From positions 8,618,001 to 8,682,000 of the forward strand of contig OU015568.1 of assembly GCA_907165135.1 (NCBI GenBank): a DNA stretch of 64,000 nt, written 5' to 3'. The notes beneath the pieces were generated by a model. The model was not told where the DNA came from. It made no database searches and worked only from the letters and a program-made list of their open reading frames with translations. The position numbers were made by a program, and so were the translations under genes. Shown here piece by piece: positions 26,560 to 40,645 of this stretch (position 1 is its first letter; each line of letters starts with the position of its first letter). The DNA comes from Oikopleura dioica (Eukaryota; Animalia; Chordata).

Positions 26560-26798
26560 TCAATCTAAAAAGAATACGGGCTTTAGCAACGCTAGAGTTT
26601 GAACTAGAAGATTTTTTTTTCGAGTGTGAAGGTCTCAGGCACATATCTTTTTATCAGTGTAAGAATATTAGCTTTTTAATTTCAACCTTTGCGTGGGAAA
26701 ATTTGGGAATAATATCGTATAAAAATGGAGCAAGAAGCAATAGAATTATGGCAGTAGTTAGGTCTTATTTGGGAAACATGTGATAGCATTATTATGAA

Positions 26799-29700
26799 TT
26801 ATTTGTTTTTGCTATATTTTTTGATCTCCTCGCCGATCTTGTTGTCCACGCCCTTGATTTTTTGAATCAGCTCTTTTTGATCGCTGGTGGATTGAATGAG
26901 ATCGAAGACTTCTCTGAGCAGTTCGCGTTTCGCAGTTGCTACTTTTTTCTTCCCTGCTCGGGCCATCGTGTCTTTCAGGTCCTGAACAATTAGTTAGTTG
27001 TGTAACTGATAGGAATGGCCTCTTACCAAGGTGTAAGCCTTTCGCCACGCATCCTCCTTCTCCTTGAATTCATCAAGATTCCAGGAGTCGATATCCTTGT
27101 GGCATAGGCCGGGCTTGTCCCTCCAGCTTGACGGGAAGAAATTCTTCACCGTTTGATGGAGCTTTTTCATGTACTCCTTCTCTCTCTTCTCTACTCTCTC
27201 TCGTGCAGCCTTTTCTTTTTCAACAGTGCGCTCGAGTTCTAGCAAACGCTCCTCGAAGTTTTCCTCCGATTCTTTGCGATGCCGGCGCTTTGGCTACAGA
27301 AAAAGGGTCAGTAAAACCTTTTTGGAATCAAGGCAGACTCACCGGTGGGCTCTTTCCTCCATAATCGCTGTTGTCTTCTTCCGAGCTGTCACCAATCACT
27401 GCTCTGTGTCGATCAAAGCCAGAAGTCACCTCTGCTCCTACTGGCCCATGTCCAGAGCGTCTCTTTCTCAAGTTTCTCTTTCTGACAATAGGCTCGTCGT
27501 CCTCAGAATCCGAAATAATTCGACCTCGGTTCTGAATCGGTGCGTCGCGAATCACTGGCGGTGCTTTTCCACTCGCACTTGTCGTAGCGCCGTTGCCGTT
27601 TTCGCTTGTCTTGGCAGATGGCCGTTGGATTTTTCGACGCTCGGGAGAAACGGCGACTTCTTCGACATCGCGCGATTCCTTTTTGATTACGGGCAACATC
27701 TCGAGCGATTTCGTTGTGATGACTTCTTCGGCGTTTTTGCAGCTGTTGTATTTCTGAACGAAATAATAAATAAACATAAATATCTTTGGTTAAGAAAATT
27801 CTCTTTACAAAGTAATAAGAAAGTCGCTAGAAATTAGCACTTGGCTCGCACACACAAAGTGGGATTTACTTCTGGGTGACAAGAATGGCTTGACCAACGC
27901 TTGACTGAGAGTACTTACAGGATCGGTCAAATCCATGCAGATGAAATAGGCAGGATTCGCATCGTCTGGATTATTGACTTTTCGGAACTTGCCGCAGTCA
28001 TCTCTCGTGCACCGGAAAAATGGAGGTTGAGCCTTTAAAAATGTTGAAAAGAGTAGGTCGAGAAGTGCTTTTTACCTTCTCAACCGCCCGGTTTGTCGCC
28101 TGGGTTTCCTGTCTCTCGCACAATGGATCGCTGGTGGGGTAGCCGAACTGGCACCACTGCTCGAACTCGATTTTGATTCGCTTGTGGTAATCGTGCGCGC
28201 GATCTTGGCACAACTTCACAAGAGTCCTGAATTCAAAATTGATCATTCCATAAAACAACCAATAAAGTAATAAACATACAATCAAACGTACCTAAACTCT
28301 CTATCATCCGCGAATCGCTGCTTGCTCATGCTCGGCTGCATCAACGCTGCTGGAACATCCACCGCCGCCAAAACACCAAGAGGCCATTTCGCCATTTCCG
28401 GTCCTTCGACTTCAACGATGAGGCGATTTTTAGAGAAGATTCGGATCCCGGATTTTTGTCGCTCGCGGATGTTGTAGCCGAGGGTGAGGGTGAAATCGGT
28501 GACATTGGAGATTTTTTCCTTTTGCTTGATTTCCAGGTCGAAGCGGCGAATGTCACTCTCGTACTTGTCGACTGTCATGTTGAGCTTGCGAATTTGCTGG
28601 AGAGAGCTAGCGTTGGTGGACCCTTCTTTCGTCAAAGTGGCGATCTGAAAATGAGTTAATCAAGATTATAGATCCGTGGGTAAGTTTAGAAGATTAATCA
28701 GATTTCGTTTAGTTTCCGGCGAACTATCTTTAAAAAAGCCCAAGTTTCGTACGAAGGAAAAAAGTTTACTGTGCTTACCTCAGATTTGACTTTCTTGATC
28801 TTGTTCAATTTCTTCTTTTTCTGCTCTGTCAAGTCTGCGATTTTAGACTTAGCCGTCGATCGGAATTTGCCCTTTGGAAGATTGTATTTGCGTCTTTCGT
28901 ACATCAGATCGTAGATTCGAGTTGGGCGGATAAATTCGCCGCGGAGGAAGACTTGCATCTTAGGCTTAAGAATATGATGAAAAAGACGAAAAAAGCGTGA
29001 ATTCACCTTGAGGTAGAGGGTTGAGAGGTATTCTTTGAGAGATTTCGCCGCGTTTCCATGATCTCCAACATCGTGAATGTCGTTGTCGTCCAGCTCAGCG
29101 TTCAATTCTGGCTCGCCACTTTCATTCAGGTTGAGCTGGTAAAGAATGATGATGGTTCCTTGGCTTTCCAGGCCATAAAATTGCTCTAGAATGGAATTTT
29201 ATTTGAAGAATCTTCAAAGAAAGGACTAAAACTAGGTTTCTTACCAAGAAGAGTTTCCTCGTTGGAGAAGGGCGAGTAGCTCGTGATAAGATCGACTTCT
29301 GTCTCGTGTCGCATCTTTTCGTCTTTTTCTGGCTTTGATGGATCGTAAATGGGGCGATAGTTGACCGACCCGTCGCTTTCGTAGACCATCTTCCAGCTCG
29401 GCAGAGGGCAGATTACTTCGTTCTGAAAAAAAAGGAGACATTCTAGCACTGGAAGAGGAGATAACTCTTACATTTTCATTCTCATATCCAGCATGAGAGG
29501 ATTTAATGAATGTTTGAGAGATCATGAGTGCGGAGAGCTCGTCATCTTTGATCGACAAGACGAGGCAGTCGTTTCCAACTCTCATCGAGCCAGATTTTAA
29601 CCCGTTGCCGTACATGCCGATCATTTCTGGGTTGTCGTTCTTGCTCGAGTAGCCATAAGCGATGACGTTGAACATTTCTTTCGACGTCATTCCGCAGCTA

Positions 29701-30005
29701 GAAAAAAAAGGAGTAGAAAAGAGGATTACAGATAGGGGACATACCCTAGATCGCGGAAATAAATGTAATTTTTTCCTTGAAGATTTTCGTTTTCTTCCAC
29801 GCTTTTTATGTCGATCTCGAGTTTTGGGGAACCAGAGTCACTGAACAGAAATAAGTCAGTGACATTCGATTGAAATGGGGAGAAAAGAGTGTACTTACTA
29901 TGCATTGTCGACGATTTCAGCGATGGCTCCAAAGACGGACTCATGAGTAGACGCGTTTGACTCAAGAAACGCAGTTGTCAACCGCGCCCGTGGAATCAAC
30001 TCCAT
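26799..30005 (-). CDS. MORC: MORC-family GHKL ATPase with CW-type zinc finger and coiled-coil tail
   Basis: LTTAFLESNASTHESVFGAIAEIVDNAY, YGYSSK...IGMYGNGLKSGSMRVG, CTRDDCGKFRKV...YFICMDLTDP (zf-CW-like), and a coiled-coil end KKYSKNK*. Confidence 0.88.
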
Positions 30006-31274
30006 CGCCCGAAAGAATTCCTCTTCGCTGTCTGAAAATCAAAATGATATGAATTTGATTTCAAGGTACAAATCAGGTAGTTACTTCTAATGAAAATCTC
30101 TCTTTTCTTCAATGTTTTTCTATTTTAGTTTTAAAAAGGAAGTTCTCTGTAGCCGATACAGTAGGTTCATTTCCTACGCCTTTTTCTCTAACAGACAGAA
30201 TACTAAAAAAGGGAAATTTGTAAAATTGGCGCGCACAGTTTTTTGCGCCGAATTGGCCAAGGCGCTGGGACAGAAGCCAATCAGCGCTGCGCTATTTTTT
30301 CCTTTAGGGACGGAAAATCGCGCTCTCGCGCTGCAGCTGATCATCGCGAAATCGGGACTCTAAGAGTAGATTGCCGGAATTGACAACTCAAACAAGCGGA
30401 TAGGCCGATTTCTGACAAGTACCAATCGACCCAATCTGATTGTTTTTTCTATCAGATGTTAACCCTTTTTATGATAATTAAAAAAAAAAGTTAGTCGTTA
30501 CCTTAAAAATCTAGCTTTTTAAAAAATACGAGCTCTCGAATCTCTTACGGTGATCGACTGAAGAAAGTCGTGAAAATATCGGACAGCTGAAATAAAATCT
30601 AGAAAGTTTCAATGACCTCTTCGATCGCGATTCTGGAATGAGCATTTTTTACCTTTTGAATCTTTCTTGTTCTGGTTGACCTGTTCGTCCATCTCCAGCA
30701 GCGTCAAAATATCAATCGGTTCATCATGTCTTACTGTACGAATCAAGTCCAAAATGGGAATATCATCCGAATCTGAAGCATTTCCGCCAGCGCGGCCATC
30801 ATCAGTTTCCTCCTCATCACTTGTAAAAGCTACAGTGATCTTTAGGTTCCGACATGGGTCTTCATCCCTCTTTTGAATCGTCGAGTTCGACACCTCTACT
30901 TGTTCCTTGGATCCCAGGGATTCCAAATCTGGAAAAAAAGTAGGGGTTGGTCACGTGTTTTGGCTCGAAATCGGCGATTTTTCATTTTGGGCCGGAGGAT
31001 TTTCACAAGTTTGTTAAACAATCCTCTGCCTCAGGCAAAACGGAGGTAACCAATGAAAAGAGCGCCCTTTTTTACCCTAGAATCCACCTTCAAACCTTCC
31101 GGCCTCGCTCTCATATCCCTAGAATGAACAAAAGTTTGGAACTTTCTTGTTTGTCGGAAAACACTGAGCGGAGGACTTTCGCTGGTGGAAGACCTCCTGG
31201 AAGACCAATATTAAAATAAATGAATAAATGACCTTCCTCGGTCAGTAAATGGCCACTTGAGGTCAACTTCGGTC

Positions 31275-31720
31275 ACTTTGTGCCGGAGGACCTTCCGGAG
31301 GACCCCTCTGATGGAAGACAAGCTGGTGGAAGACCAAGATTTAAAAACAAAAAAGAAATAAAATAAAGAGCTATGATTGGCTTGTTATTGCCGCTTATGG
31401 CCAATTTCGGCCGTTTTCTGCCGGAGGACCTCCCGGAGGACCTCCTTACTGGAAGACCAACTGCTGGAAGACCAATATAAAAAAAATAAATAAATAGCCT
31501 TGCTTGGTCACATATTGCCACATTTGGCCAACTTCGGCCGCTTTCTGCCGGAGAACCTCCCGGAGGACTCACTTACTGGAAGACAAACTGCTGGAAGACC
31601 AATATAAAAAAAATAAATAAATAGCCTTGCTTGGTCACATATTGCCACATTTGGCCAACTTCCGCCGCTTTCCGCCGGAGGACCTCCCGGAGGACTCACT
31701 AACTGGAAGACCAACTGCTT
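31275..31720. repeat. ~130-bp sub-repeat (4 copies) in the left foldback arm; mirrored at about 34400-34835
   Basis: Recurrent CCGGAGGACCT(C/T)CCGGAGGAC...GGAAGAC...CTG(C/G)TGGAAGACCAA...AAATAAATA...TTGGCCAA blocks. Confidence 0.8.
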
Positions 31721-31771
31721 GTAAACTTGTTGGGAATGAATCTGTCTGGGATAAAGACACGCAAGCACATA

Positions 31772-32400
31772 CAATTCAGTCAGGCAGGGGGCCAAGCCGA
31801 CCCGTAGGGGAGGCCACGCCTGTTTATTGAATTCAGTCAGGGACAGGGCGAAGCCGACCCGAAGGGGAGGCCACGCCTGTTTATTCAATTCAGTCAAGGA
31901 CAGGGCGAAGCCGACCCGAAGGGGAGGCCACGCCAGTTTATTCAATTCAGTCAAGGACAGGGCGAAGCCGACCCGAAGGGGAGGCCACGCCTGTTTATTC
32001 AATCCAGTCAGGGACAGGGCGAAGCCGACCCGAAGGGGAGGCCATGCCTGTTTATTCAATCCAGTCAGGGACAGGGCGAAGCCGACCCGAAGGGGAGGCC
32101 ACGCCAGTTGATTCAATTCAGTCAGGGACAGGGCGAAGCCGACCCGAAGGGGAGGCCATGTCTGTTTATTCAATCCAGTCAGGGACAGGGCGAAGCCGAC
32201 CCGAAGGGGAGGCAACGCCTGTTTATTCAATTCAGTCAGGGACAGGGCAAAGCCGACCCGAAGGGGAGGCCATGCCTGTTAATTCAATTCAGTCAGGGAC
32301 AGGGCGAAGCCGACCCGAAGGGGAGGCCATGCTTTTCATTCAATTCAGTCAGGGACAGGGCGAAGCCGACCCGAAGGGAGGCCACGCCGAGTTATTCGAT
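31772..32400 (+). repeat. 57-bp minisatellite, about 11 copies (left arm)
   Basis: Unit AATTCAGTCAGGGACAGGGCGAAGCCGACCCGAAGGGGAGGCCACGCCTGTTTATTC. Confidence 0.95.
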
Positions 32401-33056
32401 TCAATCAGAGAGAGAATGTAGCTGACCCAAAAGAGAGGCCACGCCCGTTTGTAAAATTAAGTCAGTTATTCTCTCTCGTGCTCGATGCTAGTGTTATTAG
32501 CTTCGCTAACTCTCTCCTTTTTCTGACTACAATAAATGCTAAGCTTATAACCCTAAACTTAATCTTAGATTAAACTCAACTACATTGCACCGCGGTTTAA
32601 AATCATTGACGAGGCTGAGAAATTATTCTTTATGTCGATTTTATTGCAGGATTGTAGAATCTGGACGTACAGGGCAGTATTTAAAATCTGAGAATATTAA
32701 AATTGATTTAAGCCCGAGTTTCTTGCTTCGAAGAGTTAAGCGCAGACCGGGCGGGCGCTCTCGCGAGTCGAGCGAATCTCGGGCCTGGGGCCTATTTCCG
32801 ATCGTCGACGAATCACGGCGCATTTGCGAGTTACTAACACTATCATCGAGAAAAAAGTAATAGAAAGAATTAATTTATCTAGACACTATGGTCAAGCTAT
32901 CTTCGTCCAAGAAATCGTGTTCATTTATACTTAATCGCATATTGTGAGAGCAAGGTTGGAATTTCTATAAATTAACTAGGGACCTTAGACGCATATGAAT
33001 TAAATTATTTTAAATGTGTCCGGGGAGAGCGAATATAGCAAAATCCGCCTGGATCT

Positions 33057-34340
33057 TCGGGTCGGCTTCGCCCTGTCCCTGACTGAATTGAATAAACAGG
33101 CGTGGCCTCCCCTTCGGGTCGGCTTCGCCCTGTCCTTGACTGAATTGAATAAACTGGCGTGGCCTCCCCTTCGGGTCGGCTTCGCCCTGTCCCTGACTGA
33201 ATTGAATAAACAGGCGTGGCCTCCCCTTCGGGTCGGCTTCGCCCTGTCCCTGACTGATTTGAATAAACAGGCGTTGCCTCCCCTTCGAGTCGGCTTCGCC
33301 CTGTCCCTGACTGAATTGAATAAACAGGCGTTGCCTCCCCTTCGGGTCGGCTTCGCCCTGTCCCTGACTGAATTGAATAAACAGGCGTGGCCTCCCCTTC
33401 GGGTCGGCTTCGCCCTGTCCTTGACTGAATTGAATAAACTGGCGTGGCCTCCCCTTCGGGTCGGCTTCGCCCTGTCCCTGACTGAATTGAATAAACAGGC
33501 GTGGCCTCCCCTTCGGGTCGGCTTCGCCCTGTCCCTGACTGATTTGAATAAACAGGCGTTGCCTCCCCTTCGAGTCGGCTTCGCCCTGTCCCTGACTGAA
33601 TTGAATAAACAGGCGTTGCCTCCCCTTCGGGTCGGCTTCGCCCTGTCCCTGACTGAATTGAATAAACAGGCATGGCCTCCCCTTCGGGTCGGCTTCGCCC
33701 TGTCCCTGACTGGATTGAATTAACGAGCGTGGCCTCCCCTTCGGGTCGGCTTCGCCCTGTCCCTGACTGAATTGAATAAACAGGCGTTGCCTCCCCTTCG
33801 GGTCGGCTTCGCCCTGTCCCTGACTGAATTGAATTAAAAGCGTGGCCTCCCCTTCGGGTCGGCTTCGCCCTGTCCCTGACTGAATTGAATAAACAGGCAT
33901 GGCCTCCCCTTCGGGTCGGCTTCGCCCTGTCCCTGACTGGATTGAATTAACGAGCGTGGCCTCCCCTTCGGGTCGGCTTCGCCCTGTCCCTGACTGAATT
34001 GAATAAACAGGCGTTGCCTCCCCTTCGGGTCGGCTTCGCCCTGTCCCTGACTGAATTGAATTAAAGCGTGGCCTCCCCTTCGGGTCGGCTTCGCCCTGTC
34101 CCTGACTGAATTGAATAAACAGGCATGGCCTCCCCTTCGGGTCGGCTTCGCCCTGTCCCTGACTGAATTGAATCAACGAGCGTGGCCTCCCCTTCGGGTC
34201 GGCTTCGCCCTGTCCCTGACTGAATTGAATAAACAGGCGTGGCCTCCCCTTCGGGTCGGCTTCGCCCTGTCCCTGACTGAATTCAATAAACAGGCGTGGC
34301 CTCCCCTACGGGTCGGCTTGGCCCCCTGCCTGACTGAATT
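33057..34340 (-). repeat. 57-bp minisatellite, about 22-23 copies (right arm, inverted)
   Basis: Reverse complement of the same unit. Diagnostic variants recur at 285-bp spacing (33136/33421 and 33256/33541). Confidence 0.95.
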
Positions 34341-35592
34341 GTATGTGCTTGCGTGTCTTTATCCCAGACAGATTCATTCCCAACAAGTTTACAAGCAGTT
34401 GGTCTTCCAGTTAGTGAGTCCTCCGGGAGGTCCTCCGGCGGAAAGCGGCGGAAGTTGGCCAAATGTGGCAATATGTGACCAAGCAAGGCTATTTATTTAT
34501 TTTTTTTATATTGGTCTTCCAGCAGTTTGTCTTCCAGTAAGTGAGTCCTCCGGGAGGTTCTCCGGCAGAAAGCGGCCGAAGTTGGCCAAATGTGGCAATA
34601 TGTGACCAAGCAAGGCTATTTATTTATTTTTTTTATATTGGTCTTCCAGCAGTTGGTCTTCCAGTAAGGAGGTCCTCCGGGAGGTCCTCCGGCAGAAAAC
34701 GGCCGAAATTGGCCATAAGCGGCAATAACAAGCCAATCATAGCTCTTTATTTTATTTCTTTTTTGTTTTTAAATCTTGGTCTTCCACCAGCTTGTCTTCC
34801 ATCAGAGGGGTCCTCCGGAAGGTCCTCCGGCACAAAGTGACCGAAGTTGACCTCAAGTGGCCATTTACTGACCGAGGAAGGTCATTTATTCATTTATTTT
34901 AATATTGGTCTTCCAGGAGGTCTTCCACCAGCGAAAGTCCTCCGCTCAGTGTTTTCCGACAAACAAGAAAGTTCCAAACTTTTGTTCATTCTAGGGATAT
35001 GAGAGCGAGGCCGGAAGGTTTGAAGGTGGATTCTAGGGTAAAAAAAGGGCGCTCTTTTCATTGGTTACCTCCGTTTTGCCTGAGGCAGAGGATTGTTTAA
35101 CAAACTTGTGAAAATCCTCCGGCCCAAAATGAAAAATCGCCGATTTCGAGCCAAAACACGTGACCAACCCCTACTTTTTTTCCAGATTTGGAATCCCTGG
35201 GATCCAAGGAACAAGTAGAGGTGTCGAACTCGACGATTCAAAAGAGGGATGAAGACCCATGTCGGAACCTAGTGATCTTCTTCCCGTTTCGAAGCTTAGA
35301 TGAGCGATAAAAAGACATTTTCAAGAGTCTATTTGTTCGAAAAATGAACTGGTAAAAAGTGAGGAAATCAGGCGCTTTATAAAGAAAGGAAGACTATTCT
35401 GGATTTATCAAAGGGTTGAGATCCGGTTTGAACTTGGTGCACCATTCTTTCATGAGTTATCGAGATATTCTTGATTGATTTGAGTGAAGTATGAACTTTA
35501 TCATTAAAATTTTTTCTGGAAAATCATAACAGTGAAAAGATAAGCTTCCAAATTCAAGCTTCGGATTTCTCGTCCACCATCGATTTCTCCAT

Positions 35593-36659
35593 CTAAAGTT
35601 GAAATTCTGCTTCGTCTTTTGCATCTTCTTCCTCAACTGCGCTCAATATTTGCGTTGCTCGGACGGCCTCAGATTTATTATCCTTATCGGGGGTTCCAGT
35701 AGCTTGAGATTGAGAAATTTCCATGTCTCCTGGCGCCGGAAAGATGAAAACGTCTGGATTCTCGATCGCTTTGTCTTGTTCGTAAGATTGGTAAAGAGAA
35801 GGAGCAGGGAAGGGCGTCAAGGGCTGGGGTTGCTGCTGAGCTACAGTGTTGACTGAAGGTTGAGTAGGAGGAACTGGTTCAGTTTGAAGCACATTTTCGC
35901 CGAGGAATTGATCTGACAGAGGCGCCACGGTCGTTAGGTTCAATGGATCCTTTGAAAATCAATGTTATCGAAGAAAATGATCAGTGTTATTTACGCGACA
36001 ACAGCAGGATGAGCCGTGAAAATTGGCCAAGAAGAAAGAGACGAACATGACGACCATGATACTCAAGAATTGAATCCCATGAAATGTGAAGAAAGAGATC
36101 AAAATCGCTAAAAATGTTTTGACAAGACGGAACGGTATGTTCATACCTTTTCCTAAGACGGCCTCCCAGTAGGAAGGGTACATGGAAACTTGGTAGACAT
36201 GCCAAGCCAGGGATGGTAAGATCCACAAGAAACCGATGATCGAAAGAGATCCAGAAAAATTGCCCTAGATCTCTCAGAAAATGAACACTGAAGGGAGAAT
36301 ACTTACGAGACATCCAGCAGCTCTGAATCTATTGAAGAATGGAGGTGGAGTGTGAAGTTTCGAAGCAACGATTCCTATACTTCCAGCAGCAATGGCGAAG
36401 ATTCCAACGACGATTCCGATTCCGAATGAGGGGATCAAATCGAGTCCGTTTTGCCATTTCACTTCAACAGCGAGGCAAAATGCATCGGATACAACAAGCA
36501 AAATGGAGAATACCAGTAGCACGATACTTTCAAAAGGCTTTTCGTGAACTCAGGCTTAGATAAGATGAAGTTTAAAAGCCCGAGTGCCTTAATCGTTTTG
36601 CCTGCTGTGTCAAAACTTGAAACATAATTCCGTCTCTCTTGAAAATACGCCAAATTCAC
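35593..36659 (-). CDS. Four-TM membrane protein (MS4A/CD20-like topology) with Pro/Gln-rich tail; 5' end uncertain
   Basis: Hydrophobic exons IVLLVFSILLVVSDAFCLAV, GIGIVVGIFAIAAGSIGIVAS, LSIIGFLWILPSLAW and ILISFF...SIMVVMFVSFFLA, followed by SSCCCR and a tail ending AEFQL*. Confidence 0.55.
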
Positions 36660-37769
36660 GCTGGTTAAAAATAGGAAAATACTCTTACGGATGCTGAGGA
36701 CGCTATTAGCCTTCCTGTCGTTTTTATACCTGGCTGCAATGTTTGATAACGATCGTCAATTTATATTATATTTGACGACTGTGATAGCCGAACACCACGA
36801 GATCCTACTGCCCTTGGAAACGTTCTATAAATTTATTCAAAGCAATATGCAGTAGCTAACGGGGTTATTCTCCTACGAGGTTATTTCCACTTTGAAAAAC
36901 AGACCAGTTTAGGATGTTTTTTGGATCAATCCGGGACCAAACCATCATTTTAAGATTGAGATCTTGGGTCGATCTTGGGTTCTCTATAAAAAGACAATAA
37001 TTGAGGATTACTTGAAGCATTTTGAATGATTCTTATATTGAGAAAATGTAGCGAGTAACCATTTGGAGCAATCAATAATCTTTACAAATAAAAACACTAA
37101 CACGCTAAAATGCAATTCATGAAAAACAAGTGGACCGCAATTATTTGTACCTTGTTATTGATCTGTACAATTTAAATAAAGATATCTAAAATTATGAAAT
37201 GATCTTTTATTACTTTTTTTATAGATCTTTAATTGAAATGACAAAAGGGAAGAAAGCATTTATATGACAGGCTCGTTGTTCAGAGAATGCCTTCTTCAAA
37301 TTATTTATCGGGAAAAGATAAAGTGAAATCATGGAGAAGAACTTTTTTGCAAAAATTTTCAACCTAGTTATTTTTTTTTATAAGATGAGGTTTTTGAGGT
37401 TAATCAAGAGATTAAAACTGCCGGAAATCGTAAGGCAGGCCTGAAACAGCGTGGGAAAGAAGGTGAAAATCGTGAAAAGTGAAAACAAGGAGAAGAATCA
37501 GGCGCGCTCATTGGGCGCCCCGTCTGGTGGTTCGATCGCTGCCCCTGATTCGACGACTTTTAGATTTCACAGAAACCCGGATTACTATTCCGTTCTAGAG
37601 AACGCACCACTTTTCATCCCATCCCATCTTATCACGAAAACGTAAGGGTAAAATGACGTCTCCCCCACTCTTTAATTTTCATTCATTTATTAAAAATTGT
37701 TAAATGTGCAAAAATCATTTTTATCTTTCAGATCTCTTCAGAAAAGAATTCACTTTTTGACGCGCAAAA

Positions 37770-40506
<2,737 letters not shown>

Positions 40507-40645
40507 AATGTCCCTCTTTTCAAAAAGTTCCTGAAAGAAAGCAACGACCTGATGATCCTGAAAAAATATAAAATATTTTTCCTCGCTGCCTTAGATTTTT
40601 ATTATAATCAGCCATGATCCTCTATTGAAACTTTTTCTTTTTCAG

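Larger units (their letters stand above)
14605..30005 (-). other. Candidate polycistronic (operon-like) gene run: MORC, ELYS, METTL21-like fragment, PIK3R4, DNAJB13
   Basis: Five co-directional units with gaps of about 240, 120, 80 and 360 bp. Acceptor-like motifs lie just upstream of several ATGs, for example TTCTTTTTAG|ATTGAATG before ELYS and ATTTTCAG before MORC. Confidence 0.5.
30843..35271. mobile_element. 4.4-kb non-autonomous foldback-type DNA transposon (hAT- or P-like 8-bp TSD)
   Basis: Arms about 30843-32400 and 33057-35271 are near-identical inverted copies that start TAGGTTCCGACATGGG. Exact 8-bp direct repeat GTGATCTT at 30835-30842 and 35272-35279. The ~650-bp spacer has no transposase ORF. 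Confidence 0.88.
30609..35318 (-). pseudogene. Small orphan ORF (~90 aa when restored) split by the foldback element
   Basis: Removing 30843-35271 plus one TSD copy joins ATG 35318 (MSFYRSSKLRNGK) in frame to KITVAFTSDEEETDD...RDRRGH* ending at 30609. An acceptor-like TTTTTACCAG precedes the ATG. Confidence 0.5.

Noticed and set aside
31508-34605. Long ORFs on both strands (up to 388 aa) with 19-aa periodicity
   Set aside because: They are a by-product of a 57-bp (19-codon) unit lacking stops in several frames. They occur in multiple frames and strands at once and have no domain content.
30835-35279. Foldback element acting as a perfectly spliced introner
   Set aside because: No offset within the TSD gives a usable donor and acceptor pair. 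The TAG|GT donor joined to either nearby AG gives a frameshift and stop.
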